A stretch of 64,000 bases of DNA from a virus, in the IMG/VR virus record IMGVR_UViG_3300006925_000008, positions 1 through 64,000 of that record; one strand, 5' to 3'. The translations under genes and the position numbers were made by a program. The notes below the pieces were generated by a model that made no database searches, was not told the origin of the DNA, and saw only the letters and a program-made list of their open reading frames with translations. Position 1 is the stretch's first letter. Every line of letters begins with the position of its first letter. This document shows positions 19,499 through 26,725 of this stretch, piece after piece.

Positions 19499-19636
19499 AT
19501 GACAAAAGAATGTAAATATATGCATCATAAAATATGCACAGGCGAAGCAACTGAAAGAAACAAATGGAATGTGGCAATGTGTAAATCATGCCTTAACCAT
19601 TGGACAAAATATGGGGGGAAAGCAGTTGTCAGATAA
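19499..19636 (+). CDS. 45-aa Cys-rich microprotein (not in ORF track)
   Basis: MTKECKYMHHKICTGEATERNKWNVAMCKSCLNHW. Starts immediately after the primase stop and has a GGAG RBS. Confidence 0.55.
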   Translation: MTKECKYMHHKICTGEATERNKWNVAMCKSCLNHWTKYGGKAVVR

Positions 19637-19928
19637 ATTGCCTGCTTGGAATGCTCGTGCAATGCAAATGCCTGATGGAGGCGTTCAATATGTTATTCTT
19701 CAGGGTGAACAGCCGGTTGCCTTTACAGGCGACCAAAACTTTGCTCGTCTAGTGATCGATTTGTTGGAGACCCATAGGACTCCGATGTTTCAAGAAATCC
19801 TAGGTGAAATTGCTAAAAGGCAGGGCAGGGATTCTGTTGACTTCAATGAAGTGCCTGAAACCGCTGATGACGACCTTGAACGAATGAAGGCTGAACGACT
19901 CGCCAAACTCGATAAAGAGGATGATTGA
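19626..19928 (+). CDS. Hypothetical protein
   Basis: TTG 19626 after GGGGGG. Lies within ORF 19569..19928. Confidence 0.55.
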   Translation: MSDKLPAWNARAMQMPDGGVQYVILQGEQPVAFTGDQNFARLVIDLLETHRTPMFQEILGEIAKRQGRDSVDFNEVPETADDDLERMKAERLAKLDKEDD

Positions 19929-20082
19929 GTTGCGTCTTACAGTTGTTGTTTGCGTCAACACTGGATGTGACAACAATGTCCGTTCAGGATTCAGGCGGTG
20001 CGTTTCATGCTTGCAGGGCTGGACCCCTGCGAAGAGAAAGGAACAGGCTGACAAAATCAAGGCAATGCAGGAGGAGGAATGA
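19921..20082 (+). CDS. 53-aa Zn-finger microprotein (not in ORF track)
   Basis: CVNTGCDN...RRCVSC. Stop overlaps ATG 20079. Confidence 0.6.
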   Translation: MIELRLTVVVCVNTGCDNNVRSGFRRCVSCLQGWTPAKRKEQADKIKAMQEEE

Positions 20083-20297
20083 TGTCAACAGTCATCGTGT
20101 CAGAAAAAGGCTGGGTTGCTGACTGGGGGGTATGCTCTCATCCTGAATGCAGTAAGCCAGCACATCCCATGTCAGGCACACATTGGCTGTGCGTGAATCA
20201 CTATGCTGATTGGCATAACGGATATGCTAAACACTATGGTTGGTCGATAATCGACCCTAATGAAATACTTCAGGAGGTTGAAGAAGATGCCTGCTGA
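20079..20297 (+). CDS. Small Zn-finger protein
   Basis: CSHPECSKPA...LCVNHY with GGAGGAGG RBS. Confidence 0.7.
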   Translation: MMSTVIVSEKGWVADWGVCSHPECSKPAHPMSGTHWLCVNHYADWHNGYAKHYGWSIIDPNEILQEVEEDAC

Positions 20298-21000
20298 AAA
20301 GATTCTATTCATTGACAACAGGGAGCGTTCAGGTCTTGAAGCACTTGTCAAAAAGTATCTCGACAAGAACAAGAAACTGAAGTATCAGACCCGACAGAAC
20401 ATGATCACAGACTACGCCTTTGCTAGTGTCGGCATTGAATCAAAGTCAATAGAGGACTACATGCAAAGCCTGCATAGTGGACACTTAGAACATCAATTGC
20501 ATAACCTTGATGACAATTACAATCAAGGCATCCTTTTGATTTGGGGGACTCTTGACAAATATGTAGCCAATGCCAAAAAAGGTGGTCGTAAAATCCCCTA
20601 TGCACGAGCATGGGCCAGTTATGTCGGTTCCTTAGCGAGGTGGGCTGTTGACTACGATATATCCATCATCACATTCCCTGACCGCTCATCGGCGGCTAGA
20701 TTCATCTGTAAGAGATTTGAGAAGCATGACACCATTGGCTCGTCATCGACATATCGTGTTATGAGGAGAACCAACTCCGAGGACATGCGTATGGATGTGT
20801 TGAGAGCGGCAGGTTGTAGTGAAGCAATTGCACGGCGTTTGATCGATGCTCATGGTTCTGTAACTGAAATCGCTGGCTTGACCGCCAAAGAATTGATGCA
20901 GGCCGAGGGTGTAGGAAAGGTTCGGGCGCAAAAAATAATCACTGTGCTGAACAGTGAAGAGGCTGTCCCAAATGAAAAAGTCAAGATGACAAGGGCGTGA
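20287..21000 (+). CDS. ERCC4/XPF-family structure-specific endonuclease with tandem HhH
   Basis: IDNRE, TDY...GIESKSIEDYMQS. C-terminal HhH (EGVGKVRA). Confidence 0.85.
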   Translation: MPAEKILFIDNRERSGLEALVKKYLDKNKKLKYQTRQNMITDYAFASVGIESKSIEDYMQSLHSGHLEHQLHNLDDNYNQGILLIWGTLDKYVANAKKGGRKIPYARAWASYVGSLARWAVDYDISIITFPDRSSAARFICKRFEKHDTIGSSSTYRVMRRTNSEDMRMDVLRAAGCSEAIARRLIDAHGSVTEIAGLTAKELMQAEGVGKVRAQKIITVLNSEEAVPNEKVKMTRA

Positions 21001-21011
21001 GTGTTGAAATA
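20998..21011 (+). promoter_or_regulatory. Promoter variant TGAGTG-TTGAAATA upstream of helicase
   Basis: Same architecture as the TGAGCC-TTGAAA copies. Confidence 0.45.
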
Positions 21012-21049
21012 CTTGACCATCATCCCATAAACTCCACAGGTGTAAAAAC

Positions 21050-22498
21050 ATGCTATTGAGACCAACTACTGATGCTGGCGGGAGAAAGTGGGATGACTAT
21101 ACTCTAGTCAAATCCGACTTTGAAGGCAGTAAATACATACGCAACTACATTTCACGATTCAACACAGTCTCTTTCTTTAACGAATATGCGGGGATGCTTT
21201 CATACTTCTTTGTAGCAGGCCAAGCACTTTCACCATACATGCGAATACCAATACATGGCGCACATGTTGATTGTAGGGTGCATGTCTATTGGATTCAACA
21301 ATCAAGGACTGGTAAATCGATTGCATATGAGTTTACGGCAAAACTGTTGAGAGCGTGCGGTATTGAAACCGAGTCTTTCAGTGGTGGCTCCGATGCTAAA
21401 ATGATCGGAACGGTCATACAACAAGCAACATACGACGATGACGGCAAACCAAACGGTGAGGAATATGTCACGGTCCCCGGTATCCTAAATGGATACAAAA
21501 CGCTTCTATTCGATGAAGCGAGTATATTGCTGAATGATGCAAAGGCATATTTCAGCGACAAAATCCTCTATCTCCAACAAGCGATGGCCCCGATAGGCAG
21601 TGAGACCAATGTATTGGTTAAGCACCTTGTGGGGGGGTCTGTGAGGACTCCATCAGGTGTCTCCTTATGGATGACCACCTATCCGCCAAAGGACATCATG
21701 TCGCATGTCTTAGAGAAGGGATTCTTTCAGCGTGTGTTTCTATATCAAAATGATGTAGGTGTCGAACAGCGTCAAACCACCAGTGAACATCGGATGGGGG
21801 GCGTATATGTCCCCGTCCCCGACAAGGTTTGGTCTTATGAAAACCTAGCCGAGTTTATTTTGGACATTCAAGGCTTGGTTAAGGCACGGTTACTGAAGGC
21901 CGCAGGTCTAACTGATGAGGAATGGGACGAGTTGGAGGAGGGTGTGAAAGAGGAGATTGCCATTCGTCACACATACGACATATTCAACATAGGCCCGTCA
22001 TATCATGCCGCACTGTTGAATGCTGTTGACGACTATTATGCACTGATCAAAGGAATCAACAATGACATCATCAGGGAGACAGCAATGTCATTTATTCCCA
22101 ATGTCGAAAACTACACTATCATTTTCGCCAACATCATTGCCGCCACCATGAAGACATCCGTCATCACAGCCGACCATGTAATGATGGCCACTGAAATCAT
22201 TTATGACAACCTCCATAATCTCATTATTTGGCTTGAACAGAAGCAAGATGTCAAGGCAAAGAAGCGAAGAGAGAATGAGATGCACGGCTGGAAAAAGGCA
22301 TACAACTTATGTGGCAAGTTTGCTCATAAGAAGTCAAACAAAGAAGTCGTGGCTAAGAAGGACCTTGAGAAGAGGTATGCCTCCGAAGCGGCTGTCAGCA
22401 CTAGAACCGCTGAAAGAAGGCTTGACAAGTTGATTGCCAACAGTCAGGCTGAACGGTTGATGGATGGCCGAAAAGCATTCATACACTTGAGTTGGTAA
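21050..22498 (+). CDS. MCM-like AAA+ replicative helicase
   Basis: HVYWIQQSRTGKS (Walker A), LLFDEAS (Walker B), GFFQR (Arg finger), C-terminal wHTH. Confidence 0.75.
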   Translation: MLLRPTTDAGGRKWDDYTLVKSDFEGSKYIRNYISRFNTVSFFNEYAGMLSYFFVAGQALSPYMRIPIHGAHVDCRVHVYWIQQSRTGKSIAYEFTAKLLRACGIETESFSGGSDAKMIGTVIQQATYDDDGKPNGEEYVTVPGILNGYKTLLFDEASILLNDAKAYFSDKILYLQQAMAPIGSETNVLVKHLVGGSVRTPSGVSLWMTTYPPKDIMSHVLEKGFFQRVFLYQNDVGVEQRQTTSEHRMGGVYVPVPDKVWSYENLAEFILDIQGLVKARLLKAAGLTDEEWDELEEGVKEEIAIRHTYDIFNIGPSYHAALLNAVDDYYALIKGINNDIIRETAMSFIPNVENYTIIFANIIAATMKTSVITADHVMMATEIIYDNLHNLIIWLEQKQDVKAKKRRENEMHGWKKAYNLCGKFAHKKSNKEVVAKKDLEKRYASEAAVSTRTAERRLDKLIANSQAERLMDGRKAFIHLSW

Positions 22499-23229
22499 TG
22501 ATGTTTAAGAAAAGTCTAGGAAATTGGTTAGAAGAAAACAGGGTATATACGATCAAGGCATTTTCTGAAACGGATGCCTGCGATTTACCACATGGCTGGG
22601 AAAAGCCTAGCGAGTTTACTTTGAATGCCATCGTAATCAAAGGCGGGCATGGCGAGCATCTAGTTTTCACTGACGAGATATACACAGTCAAAATAAATGC
22701 ACGGACTGTTGAAGTTAGGAACCTCGACACTTTTACTGAATGGGTTCAAGGTTTGCACCCCGAATCAGTAATTGTAGGGTATGGCTCAAAAAACTTCGAC
22801 ATACCGTTGATTGAGTCTGTGTATCCTCTCGCCTTTATTAACCGAAAAGGGGACCTTCTATTTCACGACCTGTTAGAATTGGTTCAGGACATGACAGCGA
22901 AACACTACGACTCATACCCCCGAAGAATATCCTTGACGGCTTTAGCCAGTATGAACAAAATCCGTGATTCTATAATCCCATTACCTAGTATCGTGACTTC
23001 AACCTTACAATTGCTATCAATGTGGCGTTCTAAGAACAAGGCAGGAGTCTTGAAAAACCTCATTGCTGAAGCCCATACAATTGCACGCTTAATGTGGCAA
23101 ATGGACATAGATGATGGTTCGTTGTTGATCAGGGACGAAAGAACGGACAAAAGAGTCAGACTTACTGCTGACGACTTTTCGATTCGTTCCGACACGACTC
23201 CCGAAGACCATCCGAAAACATCCGAGTAA
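22492..23229 (+). CDS. DnaQ/RNase H-like exonuclease-fold protein, probably inactive
   Basis: ExoII-like VIVGYGSKNFDIPLI and HDLL. No ExoI DxE seen. Confidence 0.5.
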   Translation: MVMMFKKSLGNWLEENRVYTIKAFSETDACDLPHGWEKPSEFTLNAIVIKGGHGEHLVFTDEIYTVKINARTVEVRNLDTFTEWVQGLHPESVIVGYGSKNFDIPLIESVYPLAFINRKGDLLFHDLLELVQDMTAKHYDSYPRRISLTALASMNKIRDSIIPLPSIVTSTLQLLSMWRSKNKAGVLKNLIAEAHTIARLMWQMDIDDGSLLIRDERTDKRVRLTADDFSIRSDTTPEDHPKTSE

Positions 23230-23356
23230 ACTCCTCGCCGTCCTCGTCTTCTATCTGTATCGGGATGTCTGTAAAATCCATTTTGAATGCTTCAATCATT
23301 ATACCGAATAGCACTAGAACCATTAGGACCCCTGTAAAGAAAAGTAAACCCACCAT
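23162..23356 (-). CDS. Small single-TM membrane protein with acidic tail
   Basis: LLFFTGVLMVLVLFGIMI. Last gene of the late arm. Confidence 0.5.
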   Translation of the reverse strand: MVGLLFFTGVLMVLVLFGIMIEAFKMDFTDIPIQIEDEDGEEFTRMFSDGLRESCRNESKSRQQ

Positions 23357-23377
23357 CTGTCTCGATACATGGAGGGG

Positions 23378-24739
23378 TCAGCGGCGCATGAAGTTTTCGA
23401 TTATCTCCCGTGGACTAACCACGGCTTGACCCATTGGTGATTGAGACAGGCCATGCTCTTTTTCAGTTGCTAGGATTGCGTCTAAGCCCTCGCCGTAGGG
23501 AATCAGTGAGCGTGTGAAGTATGCAGGTGCGGTGACATTCCTGCCCGCTCTATTCGTAAACGAGATAGGGCCTAATTCATTGATACCCGCTCTTGCGCCC
23601 GGAGGTGCGGCGGCGTAGTATTGATTCCCGTATCGCCCTGTTCTGATCGATTTAGGTTCCTCCCATTGACCCTCGGATTTACCTCTTGGTTTGGACCTCC
23701 AATACTTTCCGTCAGTCAATTGAGGATAATCAGGCTCTCCGCTTAATTCAGGGGCATGACTCAACCGCTCTTTGAAGTCCTTGCTACCTCCCTGTGAGAG
23801 GAGTTGCTTCAACTCATGGGCCTGCAAGTTTCTTTGTTCACCAGCACCCGGCATGTCATTGTAAAGGACATTACTGCCGTATAGGATGTCATTCAACGGG
23901 TCTTTTGCACCTTTCAATCTAGGGCGTGGTGTCCAGTCTTTAGGAAAATGACCAAATAAATCAGTGGGCTTCAATTCGGGGATGCCCCCTCCGCCCACAT
24001 GCATTCTTTGAGGCAACAGTGGAGAGAAGTCAGTGATACCGAATAATTCAGATGAAGCGGGGTCTTGATACGAAGCGTGTTGAATGTTTGCCATATCCCA
24101 ATCGCCAAAGGAGGTGGGGTGGTATCTCAACACAGACACCGGGTTCTCGATGAATGCTTTCATATCAGGGTTGTATTCACGAAGGTCCTCCATCAAATCA
24201 AAGGTTCTTTGCATTGTCCTTTGACTGTTTATAGCGGCCTCATTCTTTGGTTCCCAGCCTGCCGCTAAGTCTTCAGGGTATTCCTCGTCGGTCCCTCTTA
24301 GCATATTCAATTCACGCTTTAGGTTCCTCCCTCCGAGTTTCCATTGGTCGGGGGTTTTCCATGTATTACCGATTTGTTGCATTGACCATCCTTCGCACGG
24401 TCCACTAGCAAATAATAAATCGATAGGCCCACCAAAGTCATCAATCATTTGATCAGCCGTGAGGTTGAGAATGTTGACTCGCTTATCGGGAAGGATTCCA
24501 ATTGGTTTTCCTTTATGCTGGTCCCAGTCATATCCAATTACATTATGACCTCTATCACGGGCCGCAGTGGACCATCCAGCGTGGACATTTGGCGTGCCAT
24601 CAGGTCCAACGGACCCGCCAACAGCGGAGAATAAATCGGCAACATTCAGGCGATGATCATGAGATTTCATTAAAGCGGCCTCCAAGAGCATCCACCCTCT
24701 CATTGCCTCCTTATTAGATCGCCTATCCATCAATCTCAC
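23378..24739 (-). CDS. C5 cytosine DNA methyltransferase-like protein with insertions
   Basis: Motif I ADLFSAVGG, motif IV DLLFASGPC, motif VI FIENP, KPTDLFG. Confidence 0.75.
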   Translation of the reverse strand: MRLMDRRSNKEAMRGWMLLEAALMKSHDHRLNVADLFSAVGGSVGPDGTPNVHAGWSTAARDRGHNVIGYDWDQHKGKPIGILPDKRVNILNLTADQMIDDFGGPIDLLFASGPCEGWSMQQIGNTWKTPDQWKLGGRNLKRELNMLRGTDEEYPEDLAAGWEPKNEAAINSQRTMQRTFDLMEDLREYNPDMKAFIENPVSVLRYHPTSFGDWDMANIQHASYQDPASSELFGITDFSPLLPQRMHVGGGGIPELKPTDLFGHFPKDWTPRPRLKGAKDPLNDILYGSNVLYNDMPGAGEQRNLQAHELKQLLSQGGSKDFKERLSHAPELSGEPDYPQLTDGKYWRSKPRGKSEGQWEEPKSIRTGRYGNQYYAAAPPGARAGINELGPISFTNRAGRNVTAPAYFTRSLIPYGEGLDAILATEKEHGLSQSPMGQAVVSPREIIENFMRR

Positions 24740-25014
24740 CGACTTGTTGATGCACGACTGCCGCCAGCACCTAGTTGCCTTCTCATAGCGGGCCTGACAT
24801 TGCCACGACTCTTGTTTCGTTTGTATCGCCTAGCGGTTTTACCACGCTTGTTTTTGCGGCTTACCGTCCATGCTTTGTTCTTAGCCTGACGCACGGGCCT
24901 GTCTGAAATGTTGTTTTTACTGTATCCTTTGAATCGCCCTTTGTCAAGGTCTTTCAAGACAGCGAGTCCGGCTTCAACTGCACGGCTTTCAACCGAGGCC
25001 TCACTCTCCGCCAT
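24736..25014 (-). CDS. Small Arg/Lys-rich protein (candidate virion core/DNA-condensing protein)
   Basis: Acidic leader ending ...AVEAGLAVLK, then a very basic body. Confidence 0.65.
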   Translation of the reverse strand: MAESEASVESRAVEAGLAVLKDLDKGRFKGYSKNNISDRPVRQAKNKAWTVSRKNKRGKTARRYKRNKSRGNVRPAMRRQLGAGGSRASTSR

Positions 25015-25157
25015 ATATTAGCGCACAATGGACACTCCCATAGATGTATCCTTTCACGGCTCCCCGCATAAAACCCATTTATACGAATCGCTAAGACCAC
25101 ATTCTTGCATTTCGGGCAATCCTGTGAAATCTTGTCGGTGTATTTTCTAGGTTGGAT
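24954..25157 (-). CDS. Zinc-ribbon protein with no canonical start (ATC?), not in ORF track
   Basis: IQPRKYTDKISQDCPKCKNVVLAIRINGFYAGSRERIHLWECPLCANIWRR. Fills an otherwise empty gap. Confidence 0.65.
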   Translation of the reverse strand: MQPRKYTDKISQDCPKCKNVVLAIRINGFYAGSRERIHLWECPLCANIWRRVRPRLKAVQLKPDSLS

Positions 25158-25161
25158 TTAC

Positions 25162-26370
25162 TCACGCCCCAGCATGTGTATATTCAATGATTACATGGTC
25201 ATATGCGAGACCACCAAATACCGGCATTCCGGGGTCAGCAATGATGTTCAATGCTGTGGGCGTAACCGTGTTGATAAGCGGGTGGTCAGCAGGCATTACA
25301 ATAGGGGCTACTTGATCAGGCTGTGCAATTGAAATGAATGTGCAGGTCAATAATCTCAAAGGATTTGGCTGACTCGGAACCGTTGGATTAGCCTCTATTG
25401 CCGCTAAAGGGGTATGTGCTAGTCCAAGTGGGGGAAGCACGCCATAATTCAAAACGAGAGGTCCTGACCACGCAAATATGGCTCTTGATTGACGGTGAAC
25501 AGGTGTTAATTGATACGACTTCAAAGGAGTAGCATCTGTCTGATAGAACAAATGAGTTTCGCCTGTTCCTTCAGGGGCTGGATTTGAAGCGGTTGGGTCT
25601 CTCGCATATAGAAGCCCCATGTCGGTTATGGGGAGATTTGCCGCATTCAAGCCAGCAATCATATCGTTACGGGGGTTCTCATGGTCACTAGCGGAGTCTT
25701 TATCGATCAATGAAGATAATGCCACAGGACCCGGCCTGATGAATGTTCTTTTATCTTCAACTTGATGAATGACAGGATGCGATGCACCTTTTCCTATTCT
25801 TAACCAAGCCAAAACAGTGGTCTGTCTGACTAAGTGTGCAAAGGGCGTTGAAGGGTATTGATTTGAAGTGGTATCGACATATGACCCATAAACCAAACCA
25901 ATGTTTTGAGGTCCACGGGGGTCCACATATACAAGCAAAATTGCTTCATCGCCAGCGGCTACGCCATTGGCTAAAGGAGCCACATTGCCACCTATACCAC
26001 CAGCGGTTCCTCCGGGGTGATAATCAATATGATAATTGGTTGCGGCGGTGATGTCTATCGTAGCACCGCCACCCACGGTGTAATACATCCCGTCAACACA
26101 CACAGTCCCAGTAGCAACTGAAAACTCTTTAGTGGTTCCAACTGAACCAACTGGGCTGATATGACAGTTATCCGACAAAGGGTTGTTACGATCAGAATTG
26201 TTGTAATCGTTTAGACCGACTGGGACCACACCATTACCAAGCAGGTTTTCGGTGATGTTGGTTAAGGTTGTAGTAGTCAAAACATCAGTATCTCGTAATC
26301 CTTCAAACTGATATGAACCCGCTGATGTAGCAGTCTTGTTGTGTCCTTCTGAAAGGTCAGTGTTTGGCAT
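25162..26370 (-). CDS. Virion structural protein (tail fibre/baseplate-associated)
   Basis: Beta-rich with SVATGTVCVDG and DKRTFIR. Located at the end of the tail module. Confidence 0.55.
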   Translation of the reverse strand: MPNTDLSEGHNKTATSAGSYQFEGLRDTDVLTTTTLTNITENLLGNGVVPVGLNDYNNSDRNNPLSDNCHISPVGSVGTTKEFSVATGTVCVDGMYYTVGGGATIDITAATNYHIDYHPGGTAGGIGGNVAPLANGVAAGDEAILLVYVDPRGPQNIGLVYGSYVDTTSNQYPSTPFAHLVRQTTVLAWLRIGKGASHPVIHQVEDKRTFIRPGPVALSSLIDKDSASDHENPRNDMIAGLNAANLPITDMGLLYARDPTASNPAPEGTGETHLFYQTDATPLKSYQLTPVHRQSRAIFAWSGPLVLNYGVLPPLGLAHTPLAAIEANPTVPSQPNPLRLLTCTFISIAQPDQVAPIVMPADHPLINTVTPTALNIIADPGMPVFGGLAYDHVIIEYTHAGA

Positions 26371-26711
26371 CAGCGCACCTCCACTAAGACATCGACACGG
26401 ATTTCATTTGTAGTGTCCTTTGTAATTGGCAAGAAAGAGGCCCTATATGCGGCATTATCCAGTGAAGTCTCTCCATGCATAACAATCTCTTTGATTGTGT
26501 TTGCTGATGTCAAAGTCGTATCAAAAACTGCTGTAAATGAAACGGTTCTATCATCGATTCTTTGTATTGAAGGCGATTGCGTGATTTGAGGGTTGCCCGC
26601 CCCTCCATCTCTTGATGATGCCTCTCCGCCAGTGGACCCTAATGTGATGTTCTTTATCAGGCCCTGTAAATGGTCGGTTAAAGCCGCTTTTATTCCGTCT
26701 AGCGTTGGCAT
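26370..26711 (-). CDS. Small tail/baseplate protein
   Basis: ITLGSTG...IKEIVM...ITKDTTNEIRVDVLVEV, a pattern of tail-collar/baseplate proteins. Confidence 0.55.
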   Translation of the reverse strand: MPTLDGIKAALTDHLQGLIKNITLGSTGGEASSRDGGAGNPQITQSPSIQRIDDRTVSFTAVFDTTLTSANTIKEIVMHGETSLDNAAYRASFLPITKDTTNEIRVDVLVEVR

Positions 26712-26725
26712 TTCGTATCTCCTCG

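Noticed and set aside
19925-20122. ORF-track 65-aa ORF
   Set aside because: The alternative frame 19921..20082 has an ATG, paired Cys motifs and ATGA coupling to the next gene.
23162-23356. Holin/lysis gene call
   Set aside because: A single TM helix and terminal position are only suggestive, and no recognisable lysis partner is present.
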